Assembly (NCBI RefSeq): GCF_009914755.1
Contig: NC_060931.1
Reading direction: 5' to 3' (one strand)
DNA length: 64,000 bases
From: the human T2T-CHM13v2.0 reference genome, Homo sapiens
Both the position numbers and the translations under genes were made by a program. Shown piece after piece: positions 34,030-46,863 of the stretch. Numbering within the stretch: position 1 is the first letter of the stretch; each line of letters starts with the position of its first letter. A model generated the notes under the pieces. That model ran no database searches. It was not told the origin of the DNA and saw nothing but the letters and a program-made list of their open reading frames with translations.

Positions 34030-35091
34030 ATCATTATGTGAACTTACTAATTTATCTGCCATTGTAAATGTTCTAATTTTTTTTTTCCAGCTTGTCATTT
34101 GCCTTTCTAGTTCTGTTTTTCCTATCTTCCCTACATTAACAGCAGAGTTGGCTCTTTTCTATAGTTTTTATTTTTATGTTTTTCTCTGTTTATGTATTTC
34201 TTTATTTTATTGCTCCCTGACTGGCCTGGGCACTCACAGGCCACCTTGTAGTTAAGAAACCAGGATCCATGAGAGAAGAAAGGTTGCCCAGGTCCCTACC
34301 TCAAGAAAGTGTGGGAACCAGAATGGAAACCCAGTCCCATGTAGGGAAGAGCCTGCAAGGGTCTTTCTCAGGTCAGGTGCCTAGGCCAGAGACAGTCCAG
34401 AAGAGGCCTGAGAAGTGAAGAGGAGGGTTCAAGGGGCTGTTAAAACTCACAAGGGCCATGGAAGAGCAAGCCAACAGAGGACTACTGCCCACTCCCGCTG
34501 CCGGGCAGCTCTGTTCTCATACCTTCTTCTGGCATTGGCAATGGGATGTCCAGAACCTCCCCTCACTCAATAGATCCCTCACAGTGACCACGGTACACTG
34601 TACTGTGGGACTTTGCCTTCCAGGAGCTCACAGGTTGTTGGAAAATCCTATAGCCCTCTTCAGTTTAGACTGTCATTTTAGGAAGGTAAGTGGCAATGGG
34701 TGTGCAGGAACTGCAGTTGTAGGCCCCAAAGAATTCTACTGATGAACGCTGGAGGCTTTTGGCATCAGAGCCTGAAGCACTGATGTAGTCTGGTGTTGGA
34801 CTTCAGGCTGTGTGGCCAGGGCATGAGAACCAGGAGCCCATCTCCACCCCCACCCCACTACCAATCCTTGCATCAGACAATTGGGGAGAACAGATAGACT
34901 ACATGCTCATTACCATGTCAGTTACATGCTCCACAGTCACATGCTCAATTTCTAAATGTGTCGGCTCTTTCCTAACTTCCCAGATTGATAAGGTGATGCA
35001 GAGGATGAAACATGTGACAAACTATATTAGTCAGGGTTCTCTTAGAGGAACAGAACTATATATATATATATATATATATGTACAGGAGTTT

Positions 35092-35394
35092 GGCCGGGCA
35101 TGGTGGTCACACCTATAATCCCAGCATTTTGGGAGGCCAAGGCGGGCAGATCACCTGATGTCAGGTGATCTGACCTCATGGAGAAAGCCCGTCTCTACTA
35201 AAAATACAAAATTATCCAGGTGTGGTGGCTCATGCCTGTAATCCCAGCTACTCGGGAGGCTGAGACTCGCTTGAACCCAGGAGGCAGAGGTTGTGGTGAG
35301 CTGAGATCATGCCACTGCACTCCAGCCTGGGCAACAAGAGTGAAACTCAGTCTAAAAAACAAAACAAAACAAAACAAACAAACAAACGAACAAA
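35092..35394 (+). mobile_element. AluS (Sp/Sq-like) with internal foldback rearrangement
   Basis: Alu dimer with CATGGAGAAA and GCAACAAGAG; (CAAAA/CAAA)n tail. Confidence 0.9.
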
Positions 35395-35714
<320 letters not shown>

Positions 35715-37019
35715 TCACAAGGTCCCACAATAGGCTCTCTGCAACCTGAGGAGCAAAGAGAGCCAGTCCAAGTCCCCAGACTGAAAACTTGGAGTCCGAT
35801 GTTTGAAGGCAGGAAGCAACCAGCACAGGAGAAAGATGTAGGCTGAATAGCTAGGCCCGTCTCTCCTTTTCACATTTTCTGCCTGCTTTATATTTGCTGG
35901 CAGCTGATTAGATTGAGCCCACCAGATTAAGGGTGGATCTGCCTTCCCCAGCCCACTGACTCAAATGTTAATCTCTTTTGGCAACACCCTCACAGACACA
36001 CCTAGAATCAATTTTTTGTGTCCTTCAGTCCAGTTGTTGACACTCAGTATTAACCACCAGGCAAGCACTTCTGTGGACAAGCAGCACTGCACTTGGCTTC
36101 TGGTTTTAGACTGTGCTGAGCCATTTGTCTCCCTAATTTCATCTCTAACTTACACCACATACTTATTCAGTAACCCCAAAGGTATAGTATCCCCCCAAAA
36201 TGAGAGGGGTGTTTATTTCTGGGACCATGAGGGATCACTGTCCGCCTTCCCTCCTTGAGTGAATCACCTCTGTGCTGGCGTGCCCCCTTCCTCCATCCTC
36301 CTTCTTTCTTTCTTTTAGCATGGCTGGGCAAATGTTGGAGTGGGGAGAAACACTATGTGCTAGACCCTGTGAACTCTTAGACAGAAGACATGAATTTCTT
36401 TCTTTCGAAGGCAGGAAGCATCCAGCATGGGAGAAAGACGTAGGCTGGGTAGGAATTTTACTGTGGAGTTTGCTGCTAGGCCCCTACAAGGTGAGTTGCA
36501 AGGAGGGGATTGTTTCAGGAAAATGCCTAGGGACAGGTGCAGGTTCAGCTTCCATAAAGAACCCCATTTGGCTGGACACAGGGAAAAGAAGGCTGGATAA
36601 AGCTGGAGATGCAAGGTCGGATCAGGGAGCAGCACAAAAGCCAGGCTGGGGGAAGTCATCACTATGCACAGAAAAGAGAAGAATCCGTTATGGGGACACA
36701 GAAATGGCTAGAATAGAACTGATTGTGGTTTACTGATTACAAAATAATACATTTCTACGAAACAGTCCTCATCCTGCCAAGCCCCTCTCTCTAGCAGCCT
36801 TTGTACATTGTAAACGCGCCATGTTTATTTGGTTAATAAACAGAAGGACACCCGAATCCTTTTTTCTCCCATCTAAGAAAAACCCCAAAGTCCTGTGCAC
36901 CCTGAGGCCCTTCCATTCTGACAACTTCATTTCCCTGGAAAGTGTGTCTGGAGGCCCTTCCACTATAAAGTATACAAATCTTGATATTCCTCTTCAATTT
37001 TCATAATGTGAACACTACA

Positions 37020-37790
37020 GATGAGCGCAGGACACAGACTAAGGTGATTTCCACGGGTTTGCCTTGCAGCTCCCCCAGAGGTGCAGATCCTGCAGCAGGT
37101 GCTCCGGGGCCTCCCGAGCTGGTTGGGTTAGAGAGGAAGAGAAGGAAAATGCTCCTAGCGCTTAGCAGGGCCCTGCACAACGGCTGCGCAGCGGCCAGGA
37201 AAGCGGCCCGAGAGGTGGGATGCGGCCAAAGCTGCTGGGGCGGTGGCGGAGAGGGCTGCTTTCAGGTCCCCGCGCACCCTACCCGGGCGCCTTCCCTGGC
37301 TGCCAGACCCACAATGGCTGCAGCTCTGCGGTGACAGGCCGCAGCCTAGGTCCCCACAGGGGCCTGCCCCATGCTGGGAGCAGGCCAGGTGCCCTGGGAG
37401 GAACTTGAGGCCCAGCACTGACAGCTTCTAGCTGTGGAAAGGGCTGGTGGCAAGCGGGACCTGGAAGCAGCGCTGAGCTGAAGGGCGGAAAGAGACGTTT
37501 GCGTAAGGCTGGCCTGGCACACTGGCTACCATCTCCAGGTCAAGGTGGTGGTGGCCGGGGCATTTGGGCCCGGGACGCCAGCGTGCCCTCAGAGGAGAAC
37601 TTGGCCCCAAGCCTCCTCTGGTTCCCAGGAGAAGTTGCCCACATTGCTCTGAACCCCTGGGAATCTGTGCTGGCAGGAGTAGTCAGGGGCCAGCAACCCG
37701 GGCTGACCGGGGAGTGGGATCGGGGCCTGCGCCCAGGCTGCCTCCACACTGGGGCTTCCCTGGCTTCTCTTTGGTATCCGAGCTCTCTGG
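37020..37790. promoter_or_regulatory. GC-rich, CpG-island-like segment (non-repeat)
   Basis: About 30 CpGs counted by eye in 37100-37740, roughly two-thirds GC, GC-box-like GGGGCGG/GGGCGG motifs. Function not shown. Confidence 0.5.
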
Positions 37791-37977
37791 TTCTGAAACC
37801 AAACCTGGATTCATGGCTTGGGAATCTGTGTTTTCTGGCCAGTTATTCTATGACAGTAATATCAGGATAAGCGTCCCTTTGGAAGGCCTCAATTAGAATG
37901 TGTTTAGATATTTGTCAAATTCAGTCCTCCTGCTCCTCTGGCCTTGCTCAGGTGTGTCAAGCCATGATCTGAGCTCA

Positions 37978-38332
<355 letters not shown>

Positions 38333-39159
38333 TCATAACTAACCATTCCACACTTATGTCACTTTTGAGATAGGAGAATGTAAGGTGAATAATTAGCATC
38401 CTGACTTTTTACTTACATAAGAAACAGTGGCCTGGATAAATGTATATTACAGAGTACCAAGACAGAACAGACCTTTACATGATACAACTTCACTCTTCCT
38501 TGACATGAAAATGCAATTTGGACATTTCTATGTACATTTTTCACCCATTATTTGGTGAAAACCCAGCTAATCCTATTGATTCTCAGGTCCCCTTTCCAGA
38601 TACTTATAGGCAATGTAGAATATAATAAAAATTTCTCAATAATATTGATTTATAGTATGTATTATTTAACTAGTATTCATTCAAATAACAATTTATCAAA
38701 AGTTAATGTTAATTCAATTTAATTCCATGTACTATGGTTTATTTGATATTTATGTTAAAGTAATATTTATATTACAATTAAACATTAGTTATATGTACTT
38801 AATACTTATTTTTAATTCAGGATGCCTGGTTGGGTGTTATGTATGTCTTTGATGAGAATATATTCTAGGTAAAGCTAAACCTTAAACCTTATCTCCGTAT
38901 TTCCAAAATCATGAGTGCAAATCAACACATTATTATAAGGTTTATGAATCAAGTTGATCCCTTAATTTTAGAATTTAAATATTTTCAAACTAAAAAATAA
39001 CAGAGTGTACTCCCAAGTTTAATTTCTCATTAATAAAGAACTAAAACTGCTGATGGATGTAAAAACAAATTTACATCCATCAGTTAGCAATCATCCTGCA
39101 AGTAATATATTTGGTAAAACTTCAACAAAACTGCTCTAAATGTGAAATGGAAATAGTTT

Positions 39160-39550
39160 TGTTATAGGTTCATATATTTCAGCTCTAATCCCAATATCTC
39201 AGAATCTAAACTTATTTGGAAATAGGGTTTTTGCAGATGTAATTAGTTAAGTTTGGATGAGGGTATACTAGTAAGATGTGGTCCTAATTCAATACGACCA
39301 CTATTCTTACAAAAAACGGGACGATTTGGACACAGAAAAGCACATAGGGAAAGTGCCATGTGAAGATAGACAGAGATTGGGGATGCTAAAGATTGCCAGC
39401 CTACCACCAGAAGCCCTCAGAAGGAGCCAAGCCTTCTGACTTCTTGATCTCACATTTCTAGTCTTCAGAACTGTAAAATAATGCATATCTGTTGTGTAAA
39501 CCACTCAGTTTGTAGTATTTGTGATACAATAGCTCTAGCAAATACATATA
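39160..39550 (+). mobile_element. MaLR LTR (MLT1B/C-like)
   Basis: CTTATTTGGAAATAGGGT.TTTGCAGATGTAATTAGTTAAG and AAACCACTCAGTTTGTAGTATTTG motifs. Confidence 0.85.
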
Positions 39551-40589
39551 GCCTTTTATAAAATTGTATTTTAGAAGGCATATGGTTTTCCTCAGTTAAA
39601 TGTAGAAAAACTTTATTTTCATATATAAAATTAGGTTTGAGGTTATCAGTGAAATAAATACATCTCTAATTTCCACAGTCTTTTTTAGTGATACCAAAAA
39701 CTAAAACTGCCAAGCAAAATTCTTTGTAGTTCAGCTTTTCTGAGGGTCCTCCCTGTCTTCCCACTCATTACTCTTTTGTAACCTGTTCTGATCTTTATTT
39801 CGCTATCTTAATTTCAGGTGCCCAGTACTACATTGTATCCTTAATTTAAAAAGAAATCACAACATAAACCCTCAATTTGTCAACAAATTTTACAAGAGCA
39901 TATATTAGAATGGGTGTTCAATTGTGTTTCCTCTCTTAAAATTTAGGACTTAAAAATTATTTTTACCTCTTTGTGGAAAGGAAAACTTTGTTCCCACTTA
40001 ATGTAGATTCAGTTGTGCTAGAGAAGTTAATAAAAAAAAGAAAACTAGATATCAGGATATTGTAAGACCCTGAAATCACACCTACACTATCTGCAACTCT
40101 GAAATATGAGGTTAGAGATAATGATATAAGTATTGTTTTTCTAGCATGTTATAAATCATTCTACAAAGAGTAGTCATGTGGTAATAAAATGAATACTTTC
40201 TAGTGAAAATTTTATATTTTTTTGTTCTCAATATATGATTTAGTTCTTTTTAAATCTCTTTTGCATACATGCCCTTCTAGAATATCCAAAATCATTTCTT
40301 ATTATCAGAGTGTTTTAGTATAAGGTACAATCTGTTATTAGCTTGTATCTTTGAGCAGAGACAAATTAAAAAATATCCTAAACTCTAAAGGGATACTTCA
40401 TTCTTAATATTGTTAAGTAAAATGCTACCATAGCTATGAAAATCTTCATATTATTTTTAAATTAAAGTAACCAATTTTATTCTCAGAGACTTAGTATACT
40501 TACTAGAAATTAAGTTATTTCAAATACTTACATGTATTTTAGGGTAAATATTATGTAGAAACTTATCTGCAAAGAGTACTTTGTAATTT

Positions 40590-41880
40590 TTCACAATGCT
40601 TGATTTACAACAGCTGAAACAGCTGAAAAGCAAAGATAAAGCAGAATCACTAAAGGCAGCTAGGGAAAAAGAAACACTACACAGGGAGAATGAAAGATAA
40701 GAATCGTAGAAGAGTTATTGTCAAAAACTGCACAATTCAGAAAAGCAATGAAGTGACATCTTTAAAGTATCAGAAAAAGTAATCCTAGAAATTTATTCAC
40801 AGTGAAAATATCTTTCAAGAGTAAAGTCTCAATGAAGATTTGTTTTTCAGAAAAAAACCAACAGGTACGTGCATTTATTGCCAATGGACCAATGCTACAA
40901 GGTATGATCAAGGAAGTTTTTCAGGCAAAAGGATTATGAGACCAGATGCAAACTTGAATTTACCACAAAAATAAAGAGCTCTAGAAATGGTAAAAATGAA
41001 TATAAACATTTTCCCTAATTTTCAGTGTCTCTAAACTATAAATAAATATTTAAAACAAAAATAATAATAGTGTATTGTGATATTTATAGGCAAAATAAAA
41101 TGCATAATAGTAGTACAATGAATTTGAGGCAAGAATTGAAAGGATACAGTTGTAAAGTTCTAACATTATTCATATTAAAAGATAGATTGTGATAAAACCA
41201 AGATATAAATTGTAAACCTTAATGCAACTGTTTTAACAATGAAGTATTATTAATAAGACAGTAGTAAAAATAAAATGGCATCATAACAAACGTTCAATTA
41301 ATACAAAAGCAGGCAGTAAAAAGAAAAACGTGAATAAAGAATATACAATACAAGTATAGAAGAACAAACAATATAATAGATTTTAACCCTGCCATATTAA
41401 TAATTATATTAAATGTAAATGATCAATAAAATATAAAAATCAATAAAAATATAGAGATTGTCATAATGTGTTAAAAAAGCAAGACCTAACTATAGTCTGT
41501 CTATAAAAACCACATTTTATTTTATTTTATTTTTTGTTTTTGAGATGAAGTCTCTCTCTGTCACCCAGGCTGGAGTGCAGTGATACGATCTCAGTTCACT
41601 GCAACTTCTGCCTCCTGGTTCAAGTGATTCTCCTGCCTCAGCCTCTTGAATAGCTGGGATTACAGGCACCCACCACCATGCCCAGCTAATTTTTGTATTT
41701 TTAGTAGAGATGGGGTTTCACCATGTTGGCCAGGCTGGTCTAGAACTCCTGACCTCAAGTGATCTGCTGGCCTCGGCTTCCCAGAGTGCTGAGATTACAG
41801 GTGAGTGCCACTGCATGTGGCCTAAAAGCCACGTTTTAAATATAAATATATTGCTAAGTTAAAAATCATAAGTATGCACA
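40590..41880 (+). mobile_element. old L1 (L1ME/M5) ORF1 end to ORF2 start
   Basis: AAAGGCAGCTAGGGAAAAA and TTAAATGTAAATG..AAAAAAGCAAGACCTAACTAT (ORF2 endonuclease start). Confidence 0.7.
41518..41822 (-). mobile_element. AluSx/Sz
   Basis: Antisense Alu; TSD-like AAAAACCACATTTTA / AAAAGCCACGTTTTA. Confidence 0.92.
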
Positions 41881-42049
41881 AAGACAATGGTAGCTTTTCC
41901 CTATATTCTTGTCTTTCAGTATTTCATTCCAACATTTTCTATATATTAATAAGATAGAAAATAAGAGGAACAAATTAAGTTATGGAAAAAAACTACTTCT
42001 AAACCTAATTAGCATACAGAGAATGCCTACATTCTTAATAGCTGTAAGA

Positions 42050-43600
42050 TGTTTTAGTGTGTGGTCTTTTACACAGTTGTCCCACTCCAACCCCACCGCA
42101 AGACATTTCTGGAAAGAAAACACAGACCTAGAAAACCTACAGAAAAGAGATAAAGAAATAAACAATGAGGCATAAGGTCTAAAATCTCTGCCAGAAAAAC
42201 TAAGTCCACTCTTTTCTAAAAATACTAAAATAATGTCCAGGTAAGACAGAGCATGAGCCACAGAAAAGATATTTAAGAGTTTCACAACTTAAAGAAGCAG
42301 AATTTAAAACACAAAGCTTCTTTGGAGGAGAAAGAAACCATAAAGAAGGCACCTCTGGCCAATGGGATAGTGAATTAAATGAAAGAGGACATTTTTGAAT
42401 CCCGCAAGACAAAAGGGGAACACAAAACTAGATAATTCACAATCCCATTGCCTATCATAAAAGCAAACAAACAAAACCATTGAAGTTTTCGAGTTTTGAA
42501 ATACTGTGAGACAGGAGTATCATTAAATTAAAAATCTTGTAAAACACTGTAATACCACACATAAAAAAATAGACAAGAGAAGATTAACAGATTCAAAATG
42601 AGCTTTTGAAAGAAATCTGAAAACAAAATTCAACACATATTAACTGAGGAAATTTTCCCTCAGACTAATAACCATGAAGCAGAAGAAAACTCCAAGTCAA
42701 AACTATAAATGGAATGAGATAGTCTCACAAGTAAATGAAGATTTGAAAAAATAATCTAAATCAGAAATTCAAAATCTGAGGCTAGACATGGAAAAAACCA
42801 GTAAAAATTAAAAGAAAGTTGATTGAATTCAAAAAAGAAATGGAATTAAAAGACAAAATTAACATAGAAATGAAGAATGGATTTTAAGACGCCCATGAGA
42901 GAATTGATTTTAAAAAATTAAATAAGGAGCATTGAAGAAAAACAGAAAAATAATTAAGAGAATAAAAATGAGTGAAGAAGTGAATATGATACAAAGATAG
43001 AAAGAGAAGGAGTAATATGTGTATTATTGCAATCCCTGAACAAAACAAAGAGTGAAAAGCAAAACTTTAGGACATTAGACATTAGAAAATAACTATTAAC
43101 AAAAACATTGGAAAATAATGTTTGAAATTATAATCACAGAAAACTTCCCAGACATTTAATAAAAAGTTTGAACCTAAAAATGGGAAGACCCCACTGGGTA
43201 CTTGGGAAAATACAGTTTATGAGAAAATTTAGTTTATCATTAACCCAGACTGATAAACTTTAAGACATATTCTAATAACCATTAGGTTTCAGAGTTAAAA
43301 GAAAAATTCTCATGACCTCATGGCCTAAATAAACAAACATGTAACTTGCAATGACAGATATATTGGACTGGCATTGGTCTTTTGATAACCCAATTTTAAA
43401 GCAGTAGTATAAAAAAATGCTTAATGAGAAAAACTAGTGTAAATTAAGTATTTGATATTCAGCCAAACTGTCCCTCCAGAACCAAGCAAGACTACAGGAA
43501 AATAGATAATAACAAGCAAGAACTTAGGTAAATTTGTATGCAGTAACCTTCTTGGGTAATCTATTAGAATATGAACTTTATATTTTTAATAACATCATTT
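42050..43600 (+). mobile_element. ancient L1/HAL1-type ORF1 remnant
   Basis: Very A-rich, coiled-coil-like ORF1 sequence (GAAAACTTCCCAGA, TATTCAGCCAAACTGTCC). Confidence 0.5.
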
Positions 43601-45487
43601 AAAAGAAGCCTGGGACCATTTTTGGAAAATTCTTTTTAATTCAAACATTCCAAGCATATTGAACTAATGGAAAATTTAATTTCCTGAGAAATGTATGCAC
43701 CAATATTGGTGGATGTACTTGAGAAAAATAATTAACACTATATTCCCAATAGGGTTTTTTCTTTATTTGGGAAACATTAATAAATTAATAAATTTATTCT
43801 GGGGATTAAAGGGACTTGAAACCTTCAAAGGGAAATTCACCAAGAATCTTGAAAATTATTCAAGTATAAATGAGTATGGAGGGGAAAATTATGAGGCATA
43901 AAACACCTGTCCTCAACAGGTAAAACTAATCAGATAAGAAGTTTAAAAATTTACTATTTGGAAAACAATAACTTGGCATCAAATCAGTGTGGCTAAAGGA
44001 TTAACCAAGGAGATCTCTATAAAACAAACAAAAACTCTTAAACAGAAATAGTACTTCTTGAAAAACAAAACTACAATATTCAGACCAAATTTGATTTGTA
44101 CCTCCTCCAAGCTTGAAGGTTTGTAAAGAAAGCTGGTGCCTTATGTCATCCCAGATTTGCAACCAGGTAGCACCATGGAAACATGCTGACTTAGTAGTTA
44201 AAACTTCTTCTCCATCAAATGATGGCAGTAATCCCACACCCCGAAAATACAAAGACACAAGGAGCATTATCTTTATTAATTTGCAGATATTAATCTGCAA
44301 ACCATTTGATTGTGAATCAGACTTCCCTGAGTTTCCAGAGCGCTTTCAGGTTCAATTCTGTGTTCAACTAGGGGCATTTTTCACTTTTTAGTATCTGGTC
44401 AAGTTCTAATCTTTGTTCTTTCCCCCTGGAAAAAAAAATGCAGTTTATTGAAAATTAGAGCCAATTATGTTATTGCATTTTTCAAAAATATATCTAAGAG
44501 ACCTTGGAATTATTATAAATTTTTTTGTCCCTTAACCTGGAAACATTTTTGATTAGCCTATGAGGTGGTGATACTTTTCCTATAACTGAATACATTTCTG
44601 TTTGTTTATATATTTTAAAAATTCAATTATATCCCTGTCTATCACCACTTGTATATTTAGCATTGGTATTACTTCATTGAGGAGGAACAATTTATGTGTT
44701 CCCTGACTTGGTAGCTTGCCATACCTTAGGGAATCCTCTCAATATTTTTTTCCTATGTCTGTGTCTGAAGTTGAAAATCCCAAGCAATTTTATGTCCTTA
44801 CATACTGCTAACTATCCACCTCTGCCCAATACAATGACATCTATATTGTCCCACATCTCTGGTTTTACTTCAAAGACACTTCTATAACCAGAGTATATGG
44901 GACAAGTGGCTTGAATAGGGCAGAGAACAATATTGAGTATCTAAGAGTCAGATGTTGTGATGGACATTTTAAACCTGCCATCTAATTTCATCTTATTATT
45001 TCATGGAAGAGAACATTGTGTCTCAAAGAGGTTAGGTAAGCTTTCCAAGACAAATTCAAGCTTATCTTAATCCAAAGCCAAGTAGTACAAGAACATGATA
45101 TGAGAAAAAGCAAGAAAATTCTGAATGCTCTTTTAAATGATTTTTAAATCTGGTTAACCCAGCCTTTCCTATTCTTGTGATCTTTGACATTAGAGACTTT
45201 GAGAGAGTGTTGAGGGTGGTGGGTAACTAGGTATAGAATTATCAGTTCCATTTGGAAGATTGCAAAATAACAAAATTACTAATTACGAAGTGAGAAAGGA
45301 AAAGAGTCTTTGTGAACATTCATCTTTCCTTCAGAAATATAGTATCCTAACCACATTGAATTTTTCCTTCCTAACCATCTCTAAAAACTATTATCTGAAC
45401 TAAAAATCTCAGCACTAATCTAGTTAAAATATGTATTTGTCTTGTTTTACCAGAAAAGTTCTTTGAAGGCAGCAGTCTTGATATATA

Positions 45488-45829
45488 CAGTCATGCACCA
45501 TATAGCAACGTTTTAATCAATGACAAACTGCGTATCTGACAGTGGTCCCATAAGATTATATTATATTTTTACTATACATTCTCCATGTTTAGATATGTTT
45601 AGACACACAGATACTTACCATTGTGTTTTAATTGCCTACAGTATTCACTAGAATATGCTGTACAGGTTTGTAGCCTAGGGGCAATAGGCTATAGCATATA
45701 TCCAAGGCGTGTAGTAGGCTATACCATGTAGGTTTTGGGAAGTACACTCTATGAAACCTGTGTAATAATGAAATTGCCTAAGGATACATTTCTCAGAACC
45801 TATACATGTTGTTAAGTGACACATGACTG
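45488..45829. mobile_element. Tigger3a/MER7-type MITE
   Basis: TIRs CAGTCATG...CATGACTG with TA duplication on both sides. Confidence 0.9.
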
Positions 45830-46056
45830 TATATTTCTTTAGTATGCTCCAATTCCCAAATGGAGGTTAATCTCATAGAATTGAGTTTTGTTGAACCAAC
45901 CTGTCCCAGGTTTCAACCCTTGTTGTGATTTTCCTAACCTTCTACTTTCTCTGTTGTGAGCTGCAGCAACATTTTATAGAGTTGTTATTTTACTGAGCTG
46001 TTTCTCTGGAAGCAGTTGTAATGTCTGTGGGGATAATGTACCACTTTCCTTTTTAG

Positions 46057-46161
46057 AGGAGCACTGAGAAATCCAGAGAAGCTTTTGGAAGGTATTGACA
46101 CTGCTCAAAAGGAAACATTTTAAAATGAAAACTAGACACTTGACAATTAAAATTCTTCATG
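46057..46161 (+). pseudogene. pseudo-exon: probable kringle 2, second half
   Basis: Acceptor CCACTTTCCTTTTTAG, phase 2 then Gly. CAC TG AGA AAT CCA GAG reads (Y)(C)RNP(D); TGA CA ATT AAA resembles CAIK. The middle is poorly conserved. Confidence 0.4.
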
Positions 46162-46261
46162 ATATGACTCTGTTTTATCATGAAGCTTGAGGTTTCTGAG
46201 ATGTTACCCATCTCATTCATGTATGTCTGTACCTACTTATATGTCTATCTGAATACTGCAG

Positions 46262-46399
46262 AAACACAAGGCATTTGGGTAGAGAAAAGCATTCTATATT
46301 GATGCTCACAACCACATCAACAGTAACATTGTTGCATTGGTCCCTCACACCTAGACCTATAGGCAACATGATGAGTTCTAATGAAAACTTTCCAGGCAA
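46262..46399 (+). pseudogene. pseudo-exon: kringle 3, first half
   Basis: CAG| phase 1 ETQ(G)IWGR..FYI(D)AHNH(I)NSNI..LHWSLTP...ENFPG then AA|GT (phase 2). PLG K3 exon ends ENFPCK| at the same phase. Confidence 0.7.
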
Positions 46400-46744
46400 G
46401 TGGTTAAGTTTCACTGGTAGAGGAGAGATGATAACAGAAACAGCAATGGATTTATCAGCTTTCACTCTTCCCTTCTGAAAGATGGGATAGATAGGATCCT
46501 GGATTGCACTCACTGTTTTTAATATGTAAATACACCTTTCCAAGGAACAAGTAAGCCCTAGTGTCTATGGCTTTTATGACCTAAACATATCCCCAGGGTT
46601 TGGGCTTCATCATTTTGAAATGTAAATTCCTAGGAAGACAGTCTTCTTGACATCTTGATTGCTTAACCTAAGGGCCTAATCTAGGCTGTAACCAATTGTT
46701 CCTGTAGGAGAGAGAAGAGAAGTTTTATCATACTCTTGGATCAG

Positions 46745-46863
46745 CATGATTAACTCAACAAATGACTGCAGATCTAATCCTCATAATATGTGGATAGTTA
46801 TATGTTTCTAGGGGAAGGGAAAGCAAACATTATTTTTATGTTGTATACATTTATGTGTCTCAG
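46745..46863 (+). pseudogene. pseudo-exon: kringle 3, second half
   Basis: 119 nt, AG| phase 2 to phase 1 |GT in one frame: MINSTNDCRSNPHNMWIVICF*GKGKQTLFLCCIHLCVS. Spacings N+9=C, C+12=C, C+5=C equal the kringle consensus. Confidence 0.7.

Noticed and set aside
34736-34788. C/D-box snoRNA-like pattern CTAC-TGATGA...CTGA-TGTAG
   Set aside because: Only about 53 nt, no purine before the C box, no k-turn spacing, no recognisable guide.
36981-37896. Cluster of 60-123 aa overlapping ORFs on both strands
   Set aside because: Expected from stop-codon scarcity in GC-rich DNA; no recognisable domain.
44130-44200. PDLQP..APW kringle-like words
   Set aside because: No flanking Cys pattern or acceptor.
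46217-46543. 108-aa minus-strand ORF
   Set aside because: Antisense to the kringle 3 exon remnant; no homology recognised.
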